Origin: an uncultured Chloroflexia bacterium
Lineage (GTDB): Bacteria > Chloroflexota > Limnocylindria > Limnocylindrales > CSP1-4
Direction: 5' to 3'
DNA length: 64,000 nucleotides
NCBI GenBank assembly: GCA_963720755.1
Contig: CAVRGP010000011.1
Coordinates: forward strand, 416,001-480,000
In this document: piece by piece, positions 48,121 through 56,530 of the stretch
Position numbering within the stretch: the stretch's first letter is position 1
Layout: each line of letters opens with the position of its first letter
Program-made: the position numbers and the translations under genes
Notes under the pieces: generated by a model
Told to the model about the DNA's origin: nothing
Seen by the model: only the letters and a program-made list of their open reading frames with translations
Database searches by the model: none

Positions 48121-48258
48121 CGCCGCCGACTTGCAGGGTCTCGCCGCCATCGACACCTGGAGATCCCGGCAGGTACTCCCCAGTCGTTCGCGCCGGGGCG
48201 GCGCACGCCGCGAGCCCGGATCCGGTCACCAGCCCCAGATGGAGGACCCCCTGTCCTG

Positions 48259-50490
48259 ATGGACGCCAGTCAGCTGCAACTGATCATCCTGCCGGCGGGC
48301 ATCATCGCCATCCTGTTCGCGCTCTATCTGGCCCGCGATGTGCTGGCCCGCGACACGGGGACCCAGGCGATGCAGGACGTTGCCGGGACCATCTACGAGG
48401 GCGCTGTGGCCTTCATCCGGCGCCAGTACACGACGATCGGGATCCTGGCCGTCGTCGGGGCGGTGGTCATCGGCATCGTCATCGCCATCGTCGAGTCGGC
48501 CGAGGTCGCGGATGTGCCGAAGCTCGCCGGCCTGCCGATCGGTGTCATGACCGGGTTCGCCTTCCTCGTGGGCGCCGCTTGTTCGATGGCATCGGGGATC
48601 ATCGGCATGCTCATCAGTGTCAAGGCCAACGTTCGCACCGCCTCGGCGGCACGTCGCAGTCTCGTGGAGGCGGTCCAGGTCGCCATGCGTGGCGGGGCCG
48701 TGTCGGGCTTCCTCGTCGTGGCCCTGTCGCTCCTCGGCGTGTGGGGCATCTTCACCTTCTACTCGACCTTCATCGGGGAGGTCACCGTCGCCGAAGCGCC
48801 GTTCCTCATCGTCGGGTTCGGGTTCGGCGCCTCGTTCGTCGCCCTGTTCGCCCAGCTCGGCGGCGGGATCTACACCAAGGCGGCGGACGTCGGATCCGAC
48901 CTCGTCGGCAAGGTCGAGAAGGGCATCCCGGAGGACGATCCACGCAATGCGGGCGTCATCGCCGACCTCGTCGGTGACAATGTCGGTGACTGCGCTGGTC
49001 GTGGTGCCGACCTGTTCGAGTCGACGGCCGCGGAGAACATCGGCGCCATGATCCTGGGGGTCGGCGTCTACGCGATCGCGACTGCGGCCGGCTGGCCGAA
49101 CCCTCAGGCCTGGATCTTCTTCCCGCTCGTCGTCCGTGCCTTCGGGCTGCTGGCCACCATCGTGGCCATCTTCTTCGTCCGCGGCAAGGAAGACGAGAAC
49201 CCGATGAACATGCTCAACCGCGGGTACTGGGTCACCACCCTGCTGTCCGTCCTGGGTCTGTTGATCACGACCGTGATCATGATGGATACGAATGGCGGGA
49301 CCGGGAACGGCGGGTTCCCGACCTGGGTCTACTTCTTTGCCGCGGGCCTGGTCGGCCTCGCGACCAGCGTCGCGTTCGTGTACATCACCCAGTACTACAC
49401 GGCTGGCTCGTACCGCCCCGTGCGCGAGATCGCGGAGGCCTCCAAGACCGGTCCCGCCACGAACATCATCTCGGGCACCGCGATCGGCTTCGAGACCACG
49501 GCCGTGACGGCGATCACGATCGGGATCGCCCTGTTCGTGAGTCATTGGCTGGGTGAACAGGCAAACCTCGAGTCATCGACCGGTGTCAACGTCGGCGGCA
49601 TCTTCGGGACGGCAGTCGCCACCATGGGCATGCTCATGACGACGGCCTACATCCTCGCCATGGATACCTTCGGCCCGATCACGGACAACGCCGGCGGCAT
49701 CGCCGAATTCAGTCGGATCGAGGAAGGTGCCCGTGAGATCACCGATCGCCTCGATGCGGTCGGCAACACGACCAAGGCACTCACCAAGGGCTACGCGATC
49801 GCGTCCGCCTCCCTCGCGGCCTTCCTGCTGTTCAGCGCGTACATCGACAAGATCAACCTCATCCAGGGTCGCCGGATCGAAGCCGGTGTCCCCGGGGCTG
49901 AACTTCTCAACTCGGTCAACCTGGCCAATGTGAACGTGTTCATCGCGGCGCTGCTCGCGGCCACCCTCGTGTACTTCTTCAGCTCGCTGGCGATCCGTGC
50001 GGTCGGCAACACGGCCCAGTCCATCATCGTCGAGGTCCGTCGACAGTTCCGGGAGATGCCCGGGATCATGGACTACACCCAGCGCCCCGACTACGCCAGG
50101 GTGGTGGATATCACGACCGCTGCCGCGCTCCGCCAGATGATCCTGCCGGGTGTCGTGGCGGTCGCCACGCCGATCGCGATCGGCGTCGTCCTCGGGTTCG
50201 AGGCGGTCGCCGGCATGCTGATGGTCGGGACCATCGCCGGCGTCCTCCTCGCGACGGTCCTCAACAACGGCGGCGGCGCCTGGGACAACGCCAAGAAATA
50301 CATCGAATCGGGCAACCTCAAGGACGACGACGGAAACATCCTGGGCAAGGGATCCGAGGCCCACGCCGCCGCCGTCGTCGGCGATACCGTCGGTGACCCG
50401 TTCAAGGACACGGCCGGCCCGTCACTCCACGTCCTCGTCAAGTTGCTGGCCACGATCTCACTCGTCCTGGCTCCGCTCTTCATCCGGTAA
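48259..50490 (+). CDS. hppA: membrane H+-translocating pyrophosphatase (K+-independent type)
   Basis: GGGIYTKAADVGSDLVGKVE, EDDPRN, DNVGD, DNAGG, GNTTKA (Lys marks the K+-independent type), GDTVGDPFKDT. Confidence 0.96.
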   Translation: MDASQLQLIILPAGIIAILFALYLARDVLARDTGTQAMQDVAGTIYEGAVAFIRRQYTTIGILAVVGAVVIGIVIAIVESAEVADVPKLAGLPIGVMTGFAFLVGAACSMASGIIGMLISVKANVRTASAARRSLVEAVQVAMRGGAVSGFLVVALSLLGVWGIFTFYSTFIGEVTVAEAPFLIVGFGFGASFVALFAQLGGGIYTKAADVGSDLVGKVEKGIPEDDPRNAGVIADLVGDNVGDCAGRGADLFESTAAENIGAMILGVGVYAIATAAGWPNPQAWIFFPLVVRAFGLLATIVAIFFVRGKEDENPMNMLNRGYWVTTLLSVLGLLITTVIMMDTNGGTGNGGFPTWVYFFAAGLVGLATSVAFVYITQYYTAGSYRPVREIAEASKTGPATNIISGTAIGFETTAVTAITIGIALFVSHWLGEQANLESSTGVNVGGIFGTAVATMGMLMTTAYILAMDTFGPITDNAGGIAEFSRIEEGAREITDRLDAVGNTTKALTKGYAIASASLAAFLLFSAYIDKINLIQGRRIEAGVPGAELLNSVNLANVNVFIAALLAATLVYFFSSLAIRAVGNTAQSIIVEVRRQFREMPGIMDYTQRPDYARVVDITTAAALRQMILPGVVAVATPIAIGVVLGFEAVAGMLMVGTIAGVLLATVLNNGGGAWDNAKKYIESGNLKDDDGNILGKGSEAHAAAVVGDTVGDPFKDTAGPSLHVLVKLLATISLVLAPLFIR

Positions 50491-50532
50491 GGAGGTCGGA
50501 GCGGGCGCCGGCGCGTCCACTCACACGATCCG

Positions 50533-51354
50533 ATGGACCCGATCTTCCAGGCACTGATCATGGGGATCGCCCAGGGACTCACCGAGTTCCTGCCGATCTC
50601 CTCGTCCGGTCACCTCATCGTCATCCCGTTCCTGTTCGGCTGGACGGATCCGTTCATCGACTCGCTGGCGTTCAGCGTGATGCTCCACGTGGGGACGCTC
50701 GCGGCTCTGCTCGTGTACTTCCGGGCGGACTGGATCCGGCTCGTCCCGGCCGGGTTCGCGGCGATCCGCGATCGATCGCTGGGCGATCCGGACCGGCGGC
50801 TCGCCTGGTTGCTGGTGGCGGCCACCATCCCGGCGGCGATCGCTGGCTACCTGCTGAACGACCTGATCGAGACGGCGTTCCGTGACGCCGGCCTGGTGGC
50901 CGTGACCCTGGTGGTCGGCGCGGCGATCCTGTGGCTCGCCGACGGCTGGGGCGGACGGGACAAAGGCGTCGAAGACGTGACGTTCCCGGTTTCGATCGCC
51001 ATCGGCGCAGCCCAGGCACTCGCCCTCGTTCCAGGGATCAGCCGGTCGGGAGTCAGTATCTCGGCCGCCCGGATCGCCGGTCTGGACCGCGCCGCCGCGG
51101 CTCGGTTCTCATTCCTGATGGCGACGCCGATCACCCTCGGGGCGGCCATCTTCGAAGCGCGAAAGCTGATGGCGGGCGAGGCCGGCGTCACGATCAGCTA
51201 CGGTCCGCTGATCGTCGGGATGCTGGCCGCCTTCGGAGCCGGGATGCTGGCCATCAGCTTCATGCTCCGGTACCTGCGAACGCGCTCCCTGACGATCTTC
51301 GTGGTGTATCGCCTCGTGCTTGCGGCGATCGTCATCGTGGTCTGGTTGCGGTAG
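50533..51354 (+). CDS. uppP: undecaprenyl-diphosphate phosphatase
   Basis: QGLTEFLPISSSGH, PGISRSG, ARFSFL. Confidence 0.95.
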   Translation: MDPIFQALIMGIAQGLTEFLPISSSGHLIVIPFLFGWTDPFIDSLAFSVMLHVGTLAALLVYFRADWIRLVPAGFAAIRDRSLGDPDRRLAWLLVAATIPAAIAGYLLNDLIETAFRDAGLVAVTLVVGAAILWLADGWGGRDKGVEDVTFPVSIAIGAAQALALVPGISRSGVSISAARIAGLDRAAAARFSFLMATPITLGAAIFEARKLMAGEAGVTISYGPLIVGMLAAFGAGMLAISFMLRYLRTRSLTIFVVYRLVLAAIVIVVWLR

Positions 51355-51375
51355 GGGACGGCGGCCTCGCCACCG

Positions 51376-51843
51376 ATGGAGCGCATGAAGGAGCATCGCC
51401 AGCGCGCGATCCGCGACGTCGTGGCCCAGCGGCCGATCCGAACGCAGCTCGAGTTGGCGGCGATCCTGCGGGATCGTGGATTCCAGACGACCCAGGCGAC
51501 GGTTTCGCGCGACGTGGCCGAACTCGGTCTGGTCAAGGTCACCCGCGATGGATCGACGGTCTATGCGTTGCCGCCCCGGCTGGTCGAGGCCGAGGTATCG
51601 GGCGAGGATCGTCTGCGCACGTTGATGGACGACCTGCCGATCGAGATCCATGAGGCCGGCCTGTTGCTGGTGATCCGGACCCTCCCTGGTTCCGCCCACG
51701 CCATCGCCGCCGCGCTCGATCGTGCCCGCTGGCCCGAGGTCGCCGGCTCGATCGCCGGCGACGATACGGTCTTCGTTGCCTGCGCCAGCCGGGGAGCCAT
51801 GCAGCGGATCCGGCGTCATTTCGCTCGTCTTTCCGAAGGCTGA
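51376..51843 (+). CDS. argR: arginine repressor
   Basis: TQ.EL, TQATVSRD, RTLPGSA, GSIAGDDT. Confidence 0.95.
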   Translation: MERMKEHRQRAIRDVVAQRPIRTQLELAAILRDRGFQTTQATVSRDVAELGLVKVTRDGSTVYALPPRLVEAEVSGEDRLRTLMDDLPIEIHEAGLLLVIRTLPGSAHAIAAALDRARWPEVAGSIAGDDTVFVACASRGAMQRIRRHFARLSEG

Positions 51844-51894
51844 GCCGGGCGACGCCCGAACGACCCAGCCACGCCGTACGGCGAGGCGGAGGCT

Positions 51895-51923
51895 TTGACA
51901 CGCCCATCGGCTGCGACTACCAT
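51895..51923 (+). promoter_or_regulatory. sigma-70-type promoter of greA
   Basis: TTGACA (51895-51900), 17-nt spacer, TACCAT (51918-51923). Confidence 0.7.
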
Positions 51924-51936
51924 TCGCACCCGGTCG

Positions 51937-51989
51937 GAACTTCAGGCGCGCGAGAGGGATCGCAGCTTGCCTGGAGTTCTTTCCTTTAT
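51937..51989 (+). terminator. intrinsic terminator/attenuator in the greA 5' leader
   Basis: 11-bp stem GAACTTCAGGC/GCCTGGAGTTC with inner stem GCGA/TCGC, followed by TTTCCTTTAT. Confidence 0.65.
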
Positions 51990-52050
51990 CGACAGACCGC
52001 AACATCGGTCTACCCACAGCCCGACCGATGACACGTGGGGGTCCCTGACC

Positions 52051-52515
52051 GTGAACAACAAGCCCACCTATCTCTCCAAGGATGGCCTCGCAAAGCTGCG
52101 ACTCGAGCTTGACGAGATGACCTCGGTCAAGCGCCCCGAGGTCGCCAACCGGATCCACGATGCCAAGGAACACGGTGACCTCTCGGAGAACGCCGAGTAC
52201 GAAGACGCGAAGAACGAGCAGGCGTTCGTCGAGGGCCGGATCCAGACGCTCGAAGCCCTGATCAAGAACGCCACGATCATCGAGGAGAACACCTCGACCG
52301 ATCATGTCCAGATCGGTTCGACCGTCGCGGTCGAGAGCTCGGATGGCAAGGAAACTTTCACCATCGTCGGGTCGGCCGAGGCCAAGCCGGCCGAGGGCCG
52401 GATCTCGAACGAGAGCCCGGTCGGACGCGCGCTGCTCGGCAAGAAGAAGGGCGACAAGGTCACCGTGAAGGTGCCGGCCGGCGACTTCGCCTACAAGATC
52501 GTCGGGATCAGCTAG
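52051..52515 (+). CDS. greA: transcription elongation factor GreA
   Basis: HGDLSENAEYEDAKNEQ, IVGSAEA, ISNESPVGRALLG. Confidence 0.97.
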   Translation: MNNKPTYLSKDGLAKLRLELDEMTSVKRPEVANRIHDAKEHGDLSENAEYEDAKNEQAFVEGRIQTLEALIKNATIIEENTSTDHVQIGSTVAVESSDGKETFTIVGSAEAKPAEGRISNESPVGRALLGKKKGDKVTVKVPAGDFAYKIVGIS

Positions 52516-52530
52516 ATCCCAGGAGGGCCC

Positions 52531-54126
52531 ATGGACTGGGCGGACGAGCTCGCCTCTCGGGTCAGTGGCCCGCAGGTCGTCAACGACTCCAAGACGCCAT
52601 CCGGGACGGTCCACGTCGGGAGCCTGCGCGGTCCGGTCATCCTCGACGTCATCACCCGCGCCCTTCGCGCGACGGGACTCGAGACGACCCTGCTCTACGG
52701 CGTCGATGACCTCGACCCGATGGACGCCCAGGCGCTCTTGACGCCGGATGCCATCGAGCGCGAGATGGGCCGCCCGCTCGCCCATGTCCCGGATCCCGTC
52801 GGCGACTGCCACGAGAGCTACGCGCGGCACTTCGCCGGGATCTTCATCGAGGTCTTCGCCGGGCTCGGGATCCACCCCGATCGCTACTACTGGATGAGCG
52901 ATATCTACCCGACCGGCCAGATGGACCCGTTCATCCGGCTCGCCCTCGATCGGGCGGCCGTCGTTCGCGAGATCTATCGTCGGGTGGCCAACGTCCAGCA
53001 CCCGGATACCTGGCACCCGATCGGCGTGATCTGTCCGACTTGCGGCAAGGTCGGGACGACGATCGTGACGGATTGGGATGGCGACCGGGTCTACTTCGAG
53101 TGTCGGGCCGATCTCGTCGATTGGGCGACGGGCTGCGGATCGTCCGGCTGGATCAGCCCGTTCGGCGGCGCCGCGAAGCTGCCATGGAACCTCGAATGGG
53201 CCGCCCAATGGTCGCTTTTCGGCGTGACCATCGAACCCGGCGGCAAGGACCTCTCGACCGCGGGCGGGTCGCGAGACCGCAGCGACGCCATCGCCCGTGA
53301 GGTCTTCGAGCGGGAGCCGCCGATCAACGTCCCGTACGAATTCCTCAACATCGCCGGCAAGAAGATGTCGACCTCGCGCGGTCGAGGCGCGGCCGCCCAT
53401 ACGATCGCCGAAGTGATCCCACCCGAACAACTCCGGTTCCTGTTCCTTCGACCGCGACCCAACCAGGCGATCGAGTTCGCTCCCGACGGGACGGATGCGA
53501 TCCCGCGCCTGTTCGACGAGTTCGATCGGTTCGCCATGGCGACGGCTGGCCGAGAGGTCAAGGGCGAGATCTCACCGGGCTATGAAGCGACGTTCCGATA
53601 TGCGCTGCTCGACCCAGCGGCCGATGTCGCCACCGAAGCTGCGGCCTTCCGGCCGGCGTTCTCCCACCTCGCTCTGCTCGCGCAAGTCCCGGGCGTGGAC
53701 ATCCCGGCCCGGATCGAAGCGGAGAAGGGGAGTGGTCTCTCCGGACACGAGGCCGACATCCTCGACGAGCGCCTTGCTGCCGCCCGGGGCTGGCTCGAGG
53801 TCTACGCTCCGGAACGCGCTCGGTTGTCTGTGCGGCGGGACGGCCTTCCCGCCGAGGCAACGGCGATCGAACCGGATCAGCGGACGTTCCTGGCCTCGCT
53901 CGCGGAGGCCGCCGAGAACCGGGTCCCGGCGGATGGGGACGCCTGGCAGGCAGCCATCTTCGACGTCGCGAACGGGCTCGGGCTCGCGGCAGGACGGGCG
54001 TTCGCCGCCCTGTATCTGGCGTTCCTCGGCCGGACCAACGGACCGCGCGCAGGCTGGCTCCTGGCAAGCCTCGAGACGGACCTGGTCCTCGAGCGACTGC
54101 ATGCGGCAGCGGGAGAAGATCGATGA
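52531..54126 (+). CDS. lysS: lysine--tRNA ligase, class I
   Basis: TPSGTVHVGSLRG (HIGH-like), CPTCG Zn site, AKLPW..EWAAQW, EPGGKDL, KKMSTSRG (KMSKS-like), GPRAG. Confidence 0.93.
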   Translation: MDWADELASRVSGPQVVNDSKTPSGTVHVGSLRGPVILDVITRALRATGLETTLLYGVDDLDPMDAQALLTPDAIEREMGRPLAHVPDPVGDCHESYARHFAGIFIEVFAGLGIHPDRYYWMSDIYPTGQMDPFIRLALDRAAVVREIYRRVANVQHPDTWHPIGVICPTCGKVGTTIVTDWDGDRVYFECRADLVDWATGCGSSGWISPFGGAAKLPWNLEWAAQWSLFGVTIEPGGKDLSTAGGSRDRSDAIAREVFEREPPINVPYEFLNIAGKKMSTSRGRGAAAHTIAEVIPPEQLRFLFLRPRPNQAIEFAPDGTDAIPRLFDEFDRFAMATAGREVKGEISPGYEATFRYALLDPAADVATEAAAFRPAFSHLALLAQVPGVDIPARIEAEKGSGLSGHEADILDERLAAARGWLEVYAPERARLSVRRDGLPAEATAIEPDQRTFLASLAEAAENRVPADGDAWQAAIFDVANGLGLAAGRAFAALYLAFLGRTNGPRAGWLLASLETDLVLERLHAAAGEDR

Positions 54127-55460
54127 GCGTCGGACTCCAGCGGCTCCGCGAGGAACCAGATGCCATCCGTGACGGGGCGATCCGCAAGGGCGAGGATCCA
54201 GCCCTCGTCGACAGGGCGCTCGGTTTCGATACCGAGCGGCGCCGATTGCTCGCCGAGAGCGAGGCTCTCAAGGCCGAACGCAACACCGCGTCGAAGCGGA
54301 TCGGGGAGGCGATCAGGAACGGAGCTGCGCCGGATGGCCCGGAAGTCGCCGACCTCCGGGCGGCGTCGACCACCGCCGGCGATCGGATCGGCGCCCTCGA
54401 CTCGGCCCTCGCCGAGGTCGAGCGGGAGCTCGACGACCTCCTGCTTCGCATCCCGAACCCGCCGGATCCTGATATCCCGGTCGGCGGCGAGGAGGCGAAT
54501 GTCACGATCCGGGTCTGGGGTGACCCGCTGGCCCACGCTGCACCCATGACCGGCGAGGTCGGAGCGGCCGCCCCGGCGAGCGGCGAGACATGGACCCGAA
54601 AGCCCCACTGGGAGCTCGGTGAGGCCCTCGACATCATCGACAATGCCCGCGGCGCCAAGATCGCCGGGTCTGGATTCCCCGTCTACAAAGGTGCCGGGTC
54701 GACGCTCCAGCGCGGCCTGATCAACTGGTTCCTCGACGTCCACACCCGGGAGAACGGGATGACCGAGGTGTGGCCGCCGGCGGTGGTGAACACGGCGAGC
54801 GCCACCGGGACCGGCCAGATCCCGGACAAGGAAGACCAGATGTACGTCGTCACCCGTGACGAGCTGTACCTCGTCCCGACGGCGGAGGTCCCGGTGACCA
54901 ACCTCCACCGCGACGAGATCCTCGAGGCCGCCGAGCTGCCGATCCGGTACGCCGCGTACTCGCCCTGCTTCCGCCGCGAGGCCGGGGCCGCCGGGAAGGA
55001 CACCCGTGGGATCCTTCGCGTCCATCAGTTCGACAAGGTCGAGATGGTCCTGTTCGAGCGTCCGGAGGATTCGGCCGCGGCCCTCGAATGGATGACCGGC
55101 CGTGCGGAGATCCTGCTCCAGCGTCTCGGCCTCGCCTACCGGGTCCTGTTGATGAGTACCGGCGAGATGGGTTTCACCCAGGCGCGCAAATACGACCTCG
55201 AGGTCTGGGCGCCTGGCGTGGAGCGCTGGCTCGAGGTCAGCTCGTGCTCGAACTTCGGCGACTATCAGGCTCGACGGATGGCCATCCGCTATCGGCCGGA
55301 ACCGGGCGCCAAGCCGGAACTCGTCCACACCCTCAATGGTTCCGGGCTCGCACTCGCGCGGATCGTCGCCGCCTTGCTGGAGACGTATCAGCAACCCGAT
55401 GGCTCGGTCGTCGTCCCGGAGGTCCTTCGAGCGTACGTCGGCCGCGCTACCATCGACTGA
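54123..55460 (+). CDS. serS: serine--tRNA ligase
   Basis: LVPTAEVP, CFRREAG, RVHQFDKVE, EVSSCSN, TLNGSGLA. Confidence 0.97.
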   Translation: MSVGLQRLREEPDAIRDGAIRKGEDPALVDRALGFDTERRRLLAESEALKAERNTASKRIGEAIRNGAAPDGPEVADLRAASTTAGDRIGALDSALAEVERELDDLLLRIPNPPDPDIPVGGEEANVTIRVWGDPLAHAAPMTGEVGAAAPASGETWTRKPHWELGEALDIIDNARGAKIAGSGFPVYKGAGSTLQRGLINWFLDVHTRENGMTEVWPPAVVNTASATGTGQIPDKEDQMYVVTRDELYLVPTAEVPVTNLHRDEILEAAELPIRYAAYSPCFRREAGAAGKDTRGILRVHQFDKVEMVLFERPEDSAAALEWMTGRAEILLQRLGLAYRVLLMSTGEMGFTQARKYDLEVWAPGVERWLEVSSCSNFGDYQARRMAIRYRPEPGAKPELVHTLNGSGLALARIVAALLETYQQPDGSVVVPEVLRAYVGRATID

Positions 55461-55498
55461 ACAGGACCGCCCGTCCTGCCAGCGGAGGGAGCCCATCC

Positions 55499-55981
55499 AT
55501 GACCTACTCGATGGACACGTCGCAGACCGGCCGACCGGGCGACGAGCCGGCACCCGCGATGGAGCTCGCCACGCCCGGCTCGAGGCTGGTCGCGTTCATC
55601 CTCGACATCGTCGTGCAGTTCGTGTTCGTCCTCCTTCTTGCCGGAGCCGCCCTGATCCTTGGGGCGATCTTCTTCCCGTTGTCGGCCATCCCGGCCCTCG
55701 GGATCATCGCCGTGACGATCGGCTACTTCCCGTACTTCTGGACGCGCAGCGGCCAGACGCCGGGGATGGCCGCGATGAAGATCAAGGTCGTGCGCCAGGC
55801 TGACGGCGGGGGGTTGACGGCAGGCTCGGCCATCCTCCGTTTCATCGGTCTGTATATCGGGATCCAGGTCATCTGGATCGGCGTCCTGTGGATCTTCGTC
55901 GACAAGCAGCGGCGTGGCTGGCAGGACCTGTTTGCCGGGACGATCGTGGTCGCGCTGCCGCCACCCGCCTACACGTCCTGA
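55499..55981 (+). CDS. RDD-family membrane protein
   Basis: RLVAFILD, GQTPG, RGWQDLFAGT. Confidence 0.88.
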   Translation: MTYSMDTSQTGRPGDEPAPAMELATPGSRLVAFILDIVVQFVFVLLLAGAALILGAIFFPLSAIPALGIIAVTIGYFPYFWTRSGQTPGMAAMKIKVVRQADGGGLTAGSAILRFIGLYIGIQVIWIGVLWIFVDKQRRGWQDLFAGTIVVALPPPAYTS

Positions 55982-56042
55982 CCGGCGCTCCACTCGCGAC
56001 TCGCCTGGGGCGACCGCTCGCCTCGCGATATCCTTGCGCCCT

Positions 56043-56130
56043 GGAGAGGTGGCCGAGCGGTTGAAGGCGGCGCTCTTGAAAAGCGTTGAATCGCAAGATT
56101 CCGTGGGTTCGAATCCCACCCTCTCCGCCA
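56043..56130 (+). tRNA. tRNA-Ser (anticodon UGA)
   Basis: GGAGAGG/CCTCTCC acceptor stem, GCGCT-CTTGAAA-AGCGT anticodon arm, long variable arm, GGTTCGAATCC T-arm, encoded CCA. Confidence 0.97.
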
Positions 56131-56199
56131 CCCGAACGAGCCGGGTCCGGGCCGGCCTTGACGCCTGAGCCGACCGCGACCCATACTCCGCGGACATCA

Positions 56200-56508
56200 C
56201 GAACAGATGGCTGTGAACGGGACGAGTACCCGTCGCGCGTCGATCCAGAGATCCGGCGGTCGGTGTGAGCCGGAGCGACGACGACAGGGAATGGCCCCGG
56301 GAGCCTCCGGACCGAACGCGAGGCGGCGTCTGCCGCGGTCGTCAGTAGGCTCCGGCGCAGAGCGCCAGCGATACAGGGCAGCGCCGATCGGCGGTGGTGG
56401 CGGATACCGACACCAGCCGACCTGTCGGTCAGGCAGAGTGCGGCATCGCCGAATGAGGGTGGCACCGCGGAAGGCACGACCTTTCGTCCCGGGACGAATG
56501 GTCGTTTT
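56200..56508 (+). promoter_or_regulatory. tryptophan T-box riboswitch (transcriptional)
   Basis: Stem I with GAGTA, AGAGA and GGTGTGA motifs. Specifier GAA-TGG (Trp) at 56292-56294. T-box AATGAGGGTGGCACCGCG at 56452-56469, then a terminator. Confidence 0.92.
56476..56508 (+). terminator. T-box terminator hairpin
   Basis: ACGACCTTTCGTCC/GGACGAATGGTCGT stem followed by TTTT. Confidence 0.85.
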
Positions 56509-56530
56509 GATTCTCCCGAGGCGCCGACAG

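Noticed and set aside
51340-51400. ARG boxes near argR or the cph genes
   Set aside because: No AT-rich TGAAT-N-ATTCA-like palindromes could be identified, so ArgR control of the cyanophycin genes is unsupported.
56043-56200. tRNA-Ser as an integration site for a genomic island
   Set aside because: No integrase and no duplicated tRNA 3' end were seen. The trp T-box leader follows immediately.
56207-56530. 108-aa N-terminal extension of TrpE or a leader peptide
   Set aside because: The region is a T-box RNA. TrpE homology starts at ATG 56531, and no Trp-codon-rich leader peptide is present.
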